From Patescibacteria group bacterium (GTDB lineage: Bacteria > Patescibacteriota > Microgenomatia > UBA1400 > PJMF01): a stretch of DNA of 64,000 nucleotides. The position numbers and the translations under genes were made by a program. The first letter of the stretch is position 1. Each line of letters begins with the position of its first letter. The stretch is from NCBI GenBank assembly GCA_023382875.1, contig JAHDXH010000003.1, forward strand, positions 7,608 through 71,607, given 5' to 3'. The notes beneath the pieces are model-generated. The model did not search any database. It saw only the letters and a list, made by a program, of their open reading frames with translations, and was not told where the DNA came from. Positions 27,196-40,200 of this stretch are shown here, one piece after another.

Positions 27196-29244
27196 TTATT
27201 CAGTTGGCACTACTTTGGCAGATGGGGTAGCATCAGTAGATTTTTTGGTATTTTCCACTGGTGGTGCTTCGACTTCTGGAGTGACGCTCTCTACTGGATT
27301 AACATCAGGTAGGGTGTTAGTTGCTTCTGGTGACTTTTTATCAATTGCTTCTTTGGCAATTTTTTCCAGTTCTTGTAGCTCGTCAGCAGCCTTCAAGTAA
27401 TCCTCTGAGTCAGGTTGAAGTAAGATGAGAGTTTTTTGGTAAGCCAATTTGGCCTCATCAAATCTTCTGAGCATTTTTAAGGTATTAGCACCATTGTAGT
27501 AGGCATTGGCGTAGTTTGGTTTTAAAACCGCTGCTTGTTCAAAGAATTTAAGAGCATCTTCATACTGTTTGGCGTTAAATAAGACACCTCCTAAAACCAA
27601 TCTTAGCTCTGGATTATTTGGTGCTAATTTGATGGCTTCAGCGTAAGCACTGGCAGACCATTCTTCAGAGTTTTCAGCTACACCAATCAAGGTTTGGTAA
27701 ACTTGGGCAGCTAATTGCCAGTTGGCGACATCTTTACCATCTAGAAGGATTGAAGCTTTGCTTTCTCTAATAGATTGTTGAATTAATTGAGCAAATTGTT
27801 TTTTGTCATCTTCGCTCAAATCAGCCTTTTGAGAAATAGCAGCAGCAATAAAGATATTGGTTACTGCATATTTTCTTCTATTTCCATCGAGATATGGATT
27901 GAGTTTGATAGCTCTTTGTTGCAATGAGTAGGCTAAGACAAAATCATTGTTAGTAGCTGCCTTAGATGAAAGGTACATTAAGTGGCTAGAGTAGGTGGCA
28001 ACACCCAATAAAGCGACTAATGATAACGAGCCAACAGCTAGCAGTCCAAGAAGTGCTCTGATAATAATTGTACTTTTACTGGCTAAAAATTTGTTTTTTG
28101 CCAAAACACCTTTAAGATTGAGGCTGTAAACTGCAAACTTTTCTTTTTCTCCAGCAACCCAGAAAACCATCAAGACAGCTTGAATAGTTAAGAGAACGAT
28201 ATTCAAAGGCATAAACAATTGAATAGCTAGGGTGGCCAACATCATCATGTGAACTGGTTTGGTTTGGCTGGTGACTGATTTGGTTTGCTTGAGTGTATTA
28301 ACAACCAGTAGAGCCCAAGCAATTAGGCCAAAAATACCTAAGCTGACGACGATTGAAAGTGGTACGTTGGCACCTTGAGAAAATTGAACATTCCAGTATT
28401 CACTATTATTAATCCAGGCTGGCTTATTTAGGTTATAAGCTTGTAAGTAGTTGTCTGGACCAACTCCAAGAAGAGCTGTCTTGAGACTTCTTAATGAATT
28501 TATAGCTACAGACCATGAAGCAGTTGGACTCAAAATAACTGGAGTAGTGGCTTTGCCAGGTAATAATAACCAACCATAGTAAACGATAGAAATCGCACTG
28601 ACTGCTAAAACAACGCTTTCCCAAAGTTTAGCTTTCTTGGCTTGAACGACTTTGGTAGAAAAACCAACAGCAGCAACAAGAGCAATTTGTAGTGAAACTA
28701 AGGTTGATCCAGATAAACTAAACAAGGCGTTGTTTGGTAAGTTAAGTCCAAGTAATTTGTTTAATAAGAGCGATGGTCCAACGCCAAATTGTTGTAGTAA
28801 TGATGTAACTAGGAGTGCTGCGCTGGAGAAACCAAGTACATTCAAGATTTTGGCGGTGCTATTGGTTTGGTGTTTGACCAATAAACTACCGTTTAAAACT
28901 ATTATTGCTAAGGCCAGCATGACACCACCAATATTAAGTAAGCTTTCGACTGGATATTGATTGTTGGCGAATAGGGAAATCAAGGTGATTCCACCAAGCA
29001 AAGCCATTGGCAGAGTAAATGGAGTTTTCAGAAAACTTAAAGCACCCTTTTTGAAACTATGAACAAAGTACCAAGTCATCATTATCAATCCGGCCAAAAT
29101 GACGGCAATGTATTTTGAGGCAACAATCGACTGATCTAGGATTGGAGCACTACCTAAATTTGTCCAAAGAACCAAGATCAGAGCAATTGGGATGACCGAA
29201 ACACCCATCGGTAGGTTTGAAAGTTTGGACATTAAATTTTTCAT
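27196..29244 (-). CDS. Polytopic membrane protein (O-antigen ligase/oligosaccharyltransferase-like) with C-terminal TPRs
   Basis: About 12 hydrophobic segments; 'LLGVGPDNY' loop motif; TPRs such as 'AIKLAPNN' and 'KPNYANAYYN'. Confidence 0.65.
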   Translation of the reverse strand: MKNLMSKLSNLPMGVSVIPIALILVLWTNLGSAPILDQSIVASKYIAVILAGLIMMTWYFVHSFKKGALSFLKTPFTLPMALLGGITLISLFANNQYPVESLLNIGGVMLALAIIVLNGSLLVKHQTNSTAKILNVLGFSSAALLVTSLLQQFGVGPSLLLNKLLGLNLPNNALFSLSGSTLVSLQIALVAAVGFSTKVVQAKKAKLWESVVLAVSAISIVYYGWLLLPGKATTPVILSPTASWSVAINSLRSLKTALLGVGPDNYLQAYNLNKPAWINNSEYWNVQFSQGANVPLSIVVSLGIFGLIAWALLVVNTLKQTKSVTSQTKPVHMMMLATLAIQLFMPLNIVLLTIQAVLMVFWVAGEKEKFAVYSLNLKGVLAKNKFLASKSTIIIRALLGLLAVGSLSLVALLGVATYSSHLMYLSSKAATNNDFVLAYSLQQRAIKLNPYLDGNRRKYAVTNIFIAAAISQKADLSEDDKKQFAQLIQQSIRESKASILLDGKDVANWQLAAQVYQTLIGVAENSEEWSASAYAEAIKLAPNNPELRLVLGGVLFNAKQYEDALKFFEQAAVLKPNYANAYYNGANTLKMLRRFDEAKLAYQKTLILLQPDSEDYLKAADELQELEKIAKEAIDKKSPEATNTLPDVNPVESVTPEVEAPPVENTKKSTDATPSAKVVPTE

Positions 29245-29319
29245 AGTGATTTTATTAGACCAAATCTGGAGGGTAAATGTAAAGTAGTCAATCTACAGCA
29301 ACTTTGCTATCATAAAAAT

Positions 29320-29967
29320 ATGTTTGAAATACGCCGAAAAAATGGTTTTACAATGATCGAACTTTTGGCGGTGGTGGCAATTGTGGCGGTTTTAGTTTTG
29401 GCTTTTATGTTCTTAATGCGGGGACAACAGGCTAAAGCTCACGATTCCAGAAGGAAAACTGACCTTGAAAATATTCGCATCGCTTTTGAAGATTACTTTA
29501 ATGACAATGAGTGTTACCCGCCTGACACGATTCTAGATGTTTGTGGTTCTGATGATTTAGATCCATATTTGAAAAAAGTTCCCTGTGATCCACTTTCCAA
29601 AGAACCATATGCTTATGAACCAGTTGCTAACTGCGGTGGGTATAGGGTTTATGCAGTTTTAGATTATAAGGAAGATCCACAAATTGCCAGAATGGAGTGT
29701 GATGGAGTAGAGGGTTGTGGGGCAGCCTCTGGCCCTCAGTACAATTATGGTATTTCGGTCGGTGTTCCTTTGTATGGCGGTGGAGTAGTAATTGCCTCAC
29801 CTTCGCCAACTCCAATTCCCGAATTTGTTTATGCTTGTGATAGTACGGGTGTTTGTAATAAATTTGATGGTGGCAATCCGGTTTTAAATACTTGTCCAAT
29901 TACTTTTGAAGAAACTGACTGTCAAAATTCATGCGCTAGCTTAGCTAACCGTTGTTCTGGATTCTAA
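29320..29967 (+). CDS. Type IV pilin/pseudopilin with Cys-rich C-terminal extension
   Basis: Class III signal 'NG|FTMIELL', 'DSRRKTDL' and 'PCDP'. Confidence 0.88.
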   Translation: MFEIRRKNGFTMIELLAVVAIVAVLVLAFMFLMRGQQAKAHDSRRKTDLENIRIAFEDYFNDNECYPPDTILDVCGSDDLDPYLKKVPCDPLSKEPYAYEPVANCGGYRVYAVLDYKEDPQIARMECDGVEGCGAASGPQYNYGISVGVPLYGGGVVIASPSPTPIPEFVYACDSTGVCNKFDGGNPVLNTCPITFEETDCQNSCASLANRCSGF

Positions 29968-29978
29968 GTTTAATAATT

Positions 29979-30521
29979 ATGAAAACAAAAAACTCAGTTA
30001 TAAATGTCGCCAGATCAGGTTTTACCTTGGTTGAGATTTTGATTGTCATTGTGATTGTGGGAATTCTGGCTACCATAGGCTTTGGTAGTTTTCAGTCATC
30101 TCAGTTGAAAAGCCGTGATGCTTCAAGAAAAAGTGATTTGAGGCAAATTGCTAGTGCTTTGGAAACTTATTATAATGATCACGGCCAATATCCAACTGAC
30201 AGCGGTGGCTCTATTAATGGTTGTAATGGTGGTTCTCCTTGTACTTGGGGAGAGCCTTTTATCGACGATAAAGGGACTGTTTATATGATCAAATTGCCAT
30301 TTGATCCACAAGAGAGTCGCAACTATTACTATTCTAGTGATGGTACTTCTTTCCAGATTTATGCTGGTTTGGAGAATGATTTAGACAAAGATATTCCTTT
30401 GTCTGGCGGCGTTCCCTCTGAATATGATGGCTTGCTTTGTGGAGCAGAAAAAGTTTGTAATTATGGTATTGCTAGTCCAAATACTACTCCGGAAGAGGGT
30501 AGAACTTTGGTGGCAATGTAG
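29979..30521 (+). CDS. Type IV pilin (GspG-like)
   Basis: 'SG|FTLVEILIVIVIVGILA', 'RDASRKSDL', 'YYNDHGQYP' and 'LPFDP'; ATG 29979. Confidence 0.9.
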   Translation: MKTKNSVINVARSGFTLVEILIVIVIVGILATIGFGSFQSSQLKSRDASRKSDLRQIASALETYYNDHGQYPTDSGGSINGCNGGSPCTWGEPFIDDKGTVYMIKLPFDPQESRNYYYSSDGTSFQIYAGLENDLDKDIPLSGGVPSEYDGLLCGAEKVCNYGIASPNTTPEEGRTLVAM

Positions 30522-30538
30522 AATTATTTAGGCAAAAT

Positions 30539-31000
30539 ATGCAAAAACAACAAGGCTTTTCTTTAATTGAGTTGCTGGTGGTGATTTCCATCATTGGTGC
30601 TTTGGCTGCGTTGTTGGTTACTAATCTAGTTGGTGTCCGTGGTCGTGCCGCTGATGCTTCTTTGAAAAACGATTTAAATCAGCTTAAGACGTCACTTCGT
30701 CTTTATTACAACGACTACCAACAATATCCAGATTCATCTGGTGGTAGTATGCTTGGTTGTGGTTCTTCTGGAACTACAGCCTGTACTCCAGGCGAAGAAT
30801 TTTCCGCCGGCTCTGGACCAACAGTTTATATGCAAAAGTTGCCAAAATCTTTCACTTACAATGTGAGCGGTGATAATGAAAACTTTGTTTTGGCAGTTTC
30901 CTTGAGTAATCTTTCTGATGCTGATATTGCAGCTAGTGCTTCTCGCTGCGGTCAAACAGCTACTGCTAGCTCCTCAGCCTATTATGTTTGTAATAATTAA
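30539..31000 (+). CDS. Type IV pilin
   Basis: 'QG|FSLIELLVVISIIG' and 'YYNDYQQYP'; four Cys. Confidence 0.9.
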   Translation: MQKQQGFSLIELLVVISIIGALAALLVTNLVGVRGRAADASLKNDLNQLKTSLRLYYNDYQQYPDSSGGSMLGCGSSGTTACTPGEEFSAGSGPTVYMQKLPKSFTYNVSGDNENFVLAVSLSNLSDADIAASASRCGQTATASSSAYYVCNN

Positions 31001-31051
31001 GTAGATTGCTTAATGTTTTGATCTACTTCTACACAACCTAATAAACCCTCC

Positions 31052-31118
31052 TTTTTTCGTAATTGGTGACTCAACTAATACCTTCATTTTTTCGAATGAT
31101 TCGTGACTCATTCCTTCA
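31052..31118. repeat. Two imperfect tandem repeats, each a hairpin around TGACTCA
   Basis: TTTTTTCG-taattg-GTGACTCA-actaata-CCTTCA and TTTTTTCG-aatgattc-GTGACTCA-tt-CCTTCA. Confidence 0.6.
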
Positions 31119-31289
31119 TCAATATCATTCTCAAAAACGCAGATATTAGTTGATCGTGTAATTTATTTGAGGCTTATTTGGCTGTCGAAGGCAGTCAAAG
31201 CTTATTAAGTAATCTTGCTTGGTAATTAATGTCTCTATTGAGACTAACCTGTGACGAAGGATTGAGTCTGAGTTAGTCGAAAGAGAGCA

Positions 31290-34200
31290 TTAATTAACAA
31301 TCCACCAGTTGAACTTAAGATCATTGTTGACTGGATAGTCGAATCCAACTTTGAAGCTGCTTTCAACCTCTGGAGTTTCTGGGTTATCTGTGGCAATTTC
31401 TTTGACGTAGAGAACTTGATTGTTGGTTGAGCCGAGTGGAGTAAGGTAAATTAACGATTTACCCGTCACAATCTTGGATTTGATGACAATTTCATTACTA
31501 TTGGCTTTGATAGTGGCAGTACCAGACGTCTTTTCTGACTCAATTGTGCCAGAATCGCTAGCCACTTGAAGTTCTTCGCTACCAATTCCTAAGCCAGAGG
31601 CAAATTCAGCTTTACCTTGAGCCGAGATAGTGGCTACTGGAACACCTAATTCATTGACGATTTCGAATCTAGATTCCTGAACAGTTTCTCCAAGAACATC
31701 TCCAGATTTAGTAGCCAACTGAACTTGGAATGGATTGTTGTAGTCATTTAACTTCATTAAGTTAGCCAGCAAAGTGCCGCCAACTTTAACATCGCCTGAA
31801 ACCTCAAGGTTACCAGTTAGTTGAGCTAAGCCAGTGTCGTCTAAAGTAAAGAGGTTGCCCATCAAAGAGAGGACACCTTTGCCTGATGGCTGTAGAGCTA
31901 AGACTGGTTTTTCAACGCCAGTTGGAGCAAAGTCAATGCTACCAGCAGTGACAAACATGGAATCGGATAAGACTAAGCTTTGGCCAATGCCGAGTTTTTC
32001 TGCTACGAAAGCTGAGCCATTAACATCCAAGTATTGATCGACATAAATAGCATCGGCATCAATGACTAAGGCATCTTCATCTAATGTTAGATCAGATAAG
32101 GCTAAGCGTGATGGGCTAGAGGTATCAATATCGGCCAAGAAAGCAGATCTTGAGGCGAAGTAACTTTCAACACTTTCGACGGTGTTTTGGTTGGCTGAGC
32201 CACTTAATTTAGCTAACAAAGATGGTTCTTCAATAGCGGCGGCCACTTTTTCGCTAAATCTATCAATGTTTTCTGCAAAGAGAGTTCCAGATACGGTAGC
32301 ATTGACGATCTCAGCTGTCTCGGCTTTGATCTGTTCAACCTGAGCAATTCGAGCTTCAAGCTCTTGAATACGAGCACTGCTTGCATCTAAGTCTCCAGAG
32401 ATGGAGGCATCTTTGGTGTAAATTACTTCTGCGGTGACAGTGCTGGTTTTGTTTTCTTTAGAAATAATTGTACCCAAGGTAATGATGTTGCCATCTTTGT
32501 CGATTGAGGTAACACTTGATCCGGCTGAATTTTCGATGACTAGGGCTGGCTTAGCTGAGCTAGAAGCATCTTTGTTTTCGCCAAGTCGAACATGAATAGA
32601 ACCATCATCGGCGATTGGGCTGATCATGTTGGTTTGTAAGTTGTTGGTTCTAACGATGTTGGAGAAGAGATCTAGGAATTGGCCAGAAACGGCGGTGAAT
32701 TTGCCGTAAACTTCAACACTACCGGCGATTAATTTGCCATAAATGGTGGCACCTGCAGCATTGAGTGATCCGTAGGCATTAATGGTGGTAGCGCCAACAG
32801 TGTTTTTTACAGTTTCACCGTAGGTAACAAATTTGTTTTTAGCCTCAAACAAGTCAGATTGGTATTTGGTAATCGAGTCAAAGTTGCTGTTTGTGGTTGT
32901 ACCCTCTAAAACTTCGCCAGAAATTGTGGCTTCGGTTTTGGTCCAGCCTAGGAAAGCATCCAATCTTTCATCTGCAAGTTTCTTGAGTCTTGAAGTTAAT
33001 GATTCTTTGACCAAAGTTGCAGAAGCAGTGGCGGTATTTGGGTTGAGTTGAGCAGAATTACTAGCAATTTCACCACTATTTGTCGCTTCATTGATTTGAC
33101 CACTGATGGTTGATTCTGGGCTGTTGGCAATTTCACTGCTGCCTGAAGCGTTAACCACGTTGATTGCTTGCTGGGTTTCTTCGCCAAAGATTTCTTCGAG
33201 TGAGGCATTATCTACACCACCAATATCTTTACCATCCAAGTAGGTGCCGAGGTTGACAAACATCATCACCCAATCTTTGCCAGATCCTGGGGTCCAAGCT
33301 TCTACAGCCTTACCAATGGTATAGCCAGTCTTTTGAGCTTTCATTGCTCGGCCGGGAACGTTGGAAGAAGTGATGAAGTCACCTGGCAAGATGGCGGCAG
33401 AGTCTGAGGCAATTTTGACTGGCACACGTCCTGCTAGCGCAACACGCTTGGTGTTTTCAGCTTTTTCACCAATTTGTAGTCCAGGAGCAGTGGAGATCAC
33501 ACCAATTACAGCAGGATCATAGGCTTTGGCAGTGCGGACAATGTATCCAGATTGAGTAGAGGTGGTGTCAGCGCTAACCACTTCGGCTGCTGAAATAGTT
33601 TTGTCGGTGGTGGGGTACCACTCGGCAAGGTCGGCACCGCCGCCAGATTCCCAACGCATAGCCATGGATTTTAAGATGGCGTTGCCATTGATTCTAGCTT
33701 TCCAGCGCATGGTGGTACCTTCTGGTTGTGAGGTAAGATCGGCAAATCCTGAAAAGATCTTCAAATCACCTGATTCGGTAGCCTGTTGGGTCATGGTAAC
33801 TGGTGTCCAAGTCACGCCGTTGTCGCGAGATGCCCAATAATCAATAGATCCGGTACCTAGATCTGCCCAAGAAATTAAGTTGGCGCGTCTTGGTAAAACA
33901 TTTGCTTCAAAATCTTCGGAAACGACATTGGATTCACCAGAGTAGGCGATAGACACCTGACTGATGGATGGGAATGATGAAGTGTCGGTTGAGGTTAAGA
34001 TAGCACGATATTGGACGTAATTATTAGCAGTAGTGTTTGGTTGATAGCCACTGTTGGTAATATAACGATTGGCCGTGAAGTCATCGATATAAATATCATT
34101 GATATATGGAGCTAAGTTGGTGACTCTTAATTTGGTGACTGCATTTTTATTGGCGGCAGGAATATCAGAGATATCGAAGAAGACTTTTTGCCACTGGAAT

Positions 34201-37200
34201 GGAGTCTCAACGACAAAGTCCATTTGCTGCTCATCGCTTTCAAGTTCACCAAAGCCAATTCTCATTGGAATTTCGGTGGCAGAGGCGGAGGTGCGAATCC
34301 AGAAAGATAGATAATCGTAATTGGTTAGGTCTGTGGAAGGAATAATAGCTTCAACAAAGTTGCCATCACTTTCAGTTGAGGAGGCGACCACTCTGGTAAC
34401 GTTGGTGGCTGTAGGTTCATCTTCATCTTCATAACCATCGACGTTGCGGGTAACATCGCCTTCTTGTGAGTAGAAAACAGCAGATGGGGTGACATAGTTT
34501 ACTTTAACTGAGTAAACGGCGGGAGCAGCCAAAGTGCTGGTGGTATCAGTAGTAGAGAAGATTAGGCGATATTGGACATAGTTACCAGCACTTGAAGTAA
34601 TGTCAGATCCAGTTGGTTCAGTCAGAACTTCTGCGCCTGTAATATTGTCTAGATAGAAATTAACTGATCCAGTGGTATCGTCTAGGTAGGTAATCCTCAA
34701 GTAGCGAATTGAGTCGCGAGCGGCTGCGGTCATGTCTGAAAGATCCCAGTAAACTTTTTGCCAGGTATCAGCTGCGTCAATAATAACGGTCTCTTCTTGC
34801 TCGGTAGCAGCGGCCTCACCCATACCCAATTTAAAGGTTGTATTGTCTCTGTCAGCTCTAATCCAAAAACTTACATAATTGTAGTTAGAAAGATTAACCT
34901 CATTGCCAGCACCAAGATCTCTAGCAGCATAACCATTGACGGTAGAGGAGGTGAACTTGGTAGCATTGCCGGCCGTAGCTTCATCTTCATCTTCATAGAA
35001 GTTGTTATTTCTGGTGACATCTCCATCGGCCACTGTGACATTAGTACCAGTCCAATTGGTATGAGTGTTCATGTTTTCAATAGAAACGGTGTTGACGCCA
35101 CCCGTAACTGGTCGCCAGGCTTCCCATGTGCCAGTGGTTGAGTCGGCAGTATTACCACTGCGAGTTTGCACTTGGACATCAGAATAGGAAGTATTGATGT
35201 TTTCAAACCACTCAATATCTTTGAAGTCTGCAGCTGAGTTGGTGCTTAGTTCGTCAGAAGTATAAATTCCATAACGATGAAGTGGGCGATTGGTAATGCC
35301 AGCAGTGTAAGTTGGGGTAGTGGCTGTACCCGTCGTTAACTCGTTGGTATCAACGCGGACGCGACCAGATCCACCATTACCACCATGAGAATATGTTCCA
35401 TTATCTGTCCATGGTGCACCATATGAGCCACTGTTGGTTTGACCACCAGTACCACCACTCGCAGTTACATCACCAGATAAATCTGTATAGTTGGCTTGAA
35501 TATAGATGGCACCGCCGGCACCACCACCGCCACCACCAGCTGGGATAGTGTCACCAGTGCCTCCGGCACCACCACCATTGCCATTGGCAAGAATTTTGCC
35601 ATGAGTGCTGACAGGGTGAGTATCAACTTCAACCGCGTTTGCGCTAATGAAGACAATGCCACCTCCATTGCCACCAGCTCCACCTAAGACTGTCCAAGCG
35701 CCGTTGTAACCCACGCCACCACCACCTCCACCAGATCCAAGATTGATTTTGTTTAAGTTTGCATCTCCGTATGCAGAAGGATTATTCGCATTGTTGGCAC
35801 AACTTGTTCCAGATCTTTGACCAACTGCACCAGCTGTTCCATAAGCACCACCTCCACCACCTTGACAGTAGCCACCACCACCTCCACCACCACCTTCGGT
35901 GGCAGGAGTAGCAGTGCGAGTATCATTTAGTTGGGCGGTAGATTCGGCTCTAAAAGCTGGTTGAGCAGCGACGTTGTAGCCAGCACCTCCGCGATAGCCA
36001 AGATAGTTAACATTAATTTGACCATTAAGCTGGACATCGACAGTGCCGGTGGCTCTGAAAGCAACGATTCCAGTGAAATATCCTGATGATCCAGATGGAG
36101 TAGTGGTGAGACCATCCCAGCCGCTAGCAGTTAGCGTACCACCAGACTGAATAGTAACATTGGTATATTGAGGAATACGCTGAATAATGACTTTTTGGTT
36201 GGCTGGAGTAGTGCCGTCATAAGAATTAACAACAGCAGATTTGAATGTCAGTGCGCTGCCCACAACCGAAGCAACCTCTAAGAATTCATAGTTACCAACA
36301 TCGGCATAATCACCAGCAGCACCTTGCATGTTGATAAGCAAGACTTCATCTCCAGCCACAATACCATTGGGAGTATTGGTAGTTGTAAGTGTTGAGCCAG
36401 TAATTGTGGAGGCATCAACTTTGTAGGCAATACCATCAGCATAGGTCACTCTTCCAGTGGCGATTGTTTCGACGTTGATATTTTTAGAGCCAGATAGAGT
36501 AATAGCGCCATCGCTGCCATCACCGTCATCAATATAACGGTCAAGCTTTAGACTTGGAGTAGTGTCGGAAGAAACTCTAAATTTGTCGACTGAAGTAGCA
36601 TCAAATTCAGCACGAGTATCATCAATTTTAGAGAGTGGAGTATAGCCAACCCAGTCACCATGGGTATTGGAGGTCTGTAAAACAGCTTCATTAGAAGCAT
36701 ACAGAGGTCGCCACTCTTGCCAAGTGCCATCAGTGGAGTCAGGTGTAGAGCCTGATCTGGTCATGAACTGAACCATGCCACCAGTACCGAGGTTGGCCAG
36801 CCAAGTCAAGGAATCATATGCACTGGCTCCGGCGGTATTGATTTCATTTGAGGTAAAGACTGAGTATGGGTAGTAATAGCCAGAGTTGCTGCCAGCGACA
36901 TAAGTTGGAGAAGTGGTGCCAGTGATTGAATTGGCATCAATTTTGATACGACCAACAGAACCATTTCCACCACTTGCTAAGCCACCATTTAAATCAGTCC
37001 AGCCTGCGCCATAAGTACCAACGTTAGTTACACCGCCAGCGCCGGCTGCAGCAGTCGTATTTACAGGAATACTAACAACGTCAGCCTTTAAGTAAATTGT
37101 ACCACCAGCTCCACCTCCACCACCGCCAGCGGGAATAGTATCACCAGTTCCACCTGCACCTCCACCACCACCATTTGAGGAAAGTGTACCATCGAGAGAG

Positions 37201-40200
37201 ACCCCATCTTCAACGCTGATGGTGTTAGCCGAGATATAGACGATGCCACCACCATCGCCACCAGTTCCACCAAGGATTCCCCAAGCTCCATTGTAGCCAA
37301 CACCACCTCCACCTCCACCTGAGCCCATATGTAATTTACCCAAATTAGCATCACCATAAGCTGTAGTGTTGTTGGCACCGTTGCCACAATTTGCACCAGA
37401 TCTTTGACCAACTGCACCAGTCGATCCATAGGCACCACCGCCACCGCCTTGACATCCAGCAGCTCCACCTCCACCACCACCTTGAACCGTTGGCGTGGGT
37501 GTTCTAGTGTCATTGAGCAATGAAGTTGATTCACCTCTGAAAGCTGGTTCGCCGGCGACGTTATAGCCAGCACCTCCACGATAACCCTTGTCATTCATAT
37601 TAATGTAGCCACCACCTTGAACATTAACTGTGCCTGAAGCCCTAAAAACAAGTAATCCACCAGATGTGCCATTCCAGTCATTGGCTGTTAGTGTTCCACC
37701 ATAAGAAATAGTGACGTTATTGTAATGAGGCACTCTTTGGACAATGATTTTTTGGCCAGTTAGGTTGGCGTTGCCTCCTACGCCATAAGTACCAGTAATG
37801 TTGGTAGTAAATTTAATTCTGGTGGAGTTTACACTTTCAACAGTTAAGAATTCATAAGTACCAACATTGCTATAGTTGGTGGCATCTCCCTGAAGATTGA
37901 TCAGCATCACTTCATCACCATTTTTAATTCCATTGGGAACAGCTGATGTGGTAGCAACATTGGTATTCAAAGAAGAAATAGAGTAGGAAGCACCGTCGGC
38001 ATATGCTCTGCCGCTAGCGATTGCGTCGGTGTTAATGTTTTTGCTTGTAGAAACAGTGATTGAACCATCTTCACCCAAGCCAACAAATGGGCGATTCTTG
38101 GAAGTTTGAATGGTATTACCAACTGTTGATTCAGATTGGAACTTAGTGCTACCGGTGTCAAAGGCACTTTGGGTATTATCGGTATGACCCAATTGATCGG
38201 TATAGTTGATAGTAACACTGGTAACAGTTGGGGTAACTGTATTGGTAGTGGTGCTTAGGATAACTCTATATTGAATGTAATTGGCAGCAGTAGAAGAGAT
38301 TGTTCCATTGGTTGGGCTACTTTCATAACGGTTGGCTGCCAAATCGTCTAGATAAACTGTGGTACTGCCAGAATCAACTTGAGTTAGTCTGAAGTAACGA
38401 ATGGCGTTTCTGGAAGCAGTGCTGATATCAGTTAAGTCCCAATAGAACTTTTGCCAAGTGTTGGCTGGAGCATCTAATGTTTGGTTTAGTTCAACATAGG
38501 AATTTTCTCCCATACTAATCGTCCACTTTTTACCAGATTCAGAATTCTTCATCCAGAAGCTAATGTAGTCATAATTTGATAGATCAACTTCATTGCCAAG
38601 CCCTAAATCTCTTTGAACATAGCCATTTTGAGCGGTGAAAGATACTTTTGTGATATTGCCAACAGTTGATTCATCTTCATCTTCAAAGAAATCAATGTTT
38701 CTAGTGGCGTCTCCCTCAAGCACCATCGTATGGGCAGTGCTACTTCTGTAGTTGAGAGTTAGGTTTTCCAGAGTAGGAGCTGCAGTGACATTGGTAGTGG
38801 AAAGAATGACGCGATACTGAATGTAGTTGTTAACAGTTGATGGAATTTGGTAACCAGCATCAGAAGTAATATACCTTCCACCTTTAATGTTATCTAGATA
38901 ATAGACAACTGCAGGAATATCGTTATTTGTGACTCTTAAATAGCGCACATTATCTCTACTAGCTGCAGCAATGTCTGAGATATCCCAGTAAATCTTTTGC
39001 CAGACGTTGACTTGGTCAATCGTAACCACTTCGCTTTGTTCATCACCTGTAGCTTCGCCAAAGCTGAAGGTCAGTTTATCAGAAGTAACATCTGATCTAA
39101 CCCAGAAGCTAATGTAGTCGTAGCTGGTTAAATTAACTTCATTGCCTGCGCCAAGATCTCTTTCAGCATAGCCACCTTCAGTTGAGGTGGAGAATTTGGC
39201 AATATTGCCGGCTGTAGCTTCATCTTCATCTTCGTAATTGTCAATATTGCGAGTTGTATCGCCTTCAGCCACAGTAGTGTTGGTGCCTGTCCAGCTGGTG
39301 TGGGTATTCATGGTATCGAGGGTAACTTCATTGGTGCCATTAACAACAGGCTTCCAGGCTTCCCAAGTGCCGTCAGTGGCGTCAGTACTATTACCGGTTC
39401 TAGTTTGGACTTGAATTTCTCCAACGTTGCCAAGTGATTCTGTCCAAGAAACCATGTCTAAAACAGCAGCGCTGGTGGCTTGAAGTTCAGAAGAGGTGAA
39501 GACACCAAATGGATGGTAGTTATTAAGTGAGGTGCCGTTGGTATAAGTTGGAGTGGTTGATCCTGCAACTCTGTTGGCGTCAACTCTGATACGACCAACA
39601 CCACCATTGCCACCATTAGATCGACCGCCATTTAATTCGGTATAAGGTGAACCATAGGAACCAACGTTTGTTACGCCGCCACTTCCTCCACTTGCAGTAA
39701 TTGTTCCAGAAACATTGACTACATTACCTGCAAGGTAAATTGCACCACCAGCGCCGCCACCTCCACCACCAGCTGGGATAGTGTCACCTGCACCACCAGC
39801 ACCACCGTCAGTACCATTGTTAACTACAGAGCCAGCTGAGGAGGTAATGGTGTTGGCAGAAATGTAGACGATACCACCGCCATCGCCACCTGTACCGCCA
39901 AGGATGTTCCAAGCACCACCATAACCACCACCACCTCCACCACCACCTGAGCCAAGATTTAACTTAGCTAGATTAGCATCACCATAACTACTACCAAGGT
40001 TTGCATAGTTAGAACAACTTGAACCTGATCTATTTCCAGAAATACCATTGGCTCCATAACCACCACCTCCACCGCCTTGACAAATTAATGTTCCGCCTCC
40101 ACCTCCTTCGGTGGTTGGTGTAGCAGTTTGAGTGTCATTGACTCCGCCAGTTGATTCACCACGATAAGAGAGAACAGCGTTGCTAGCGCTTCCAGCTCCA

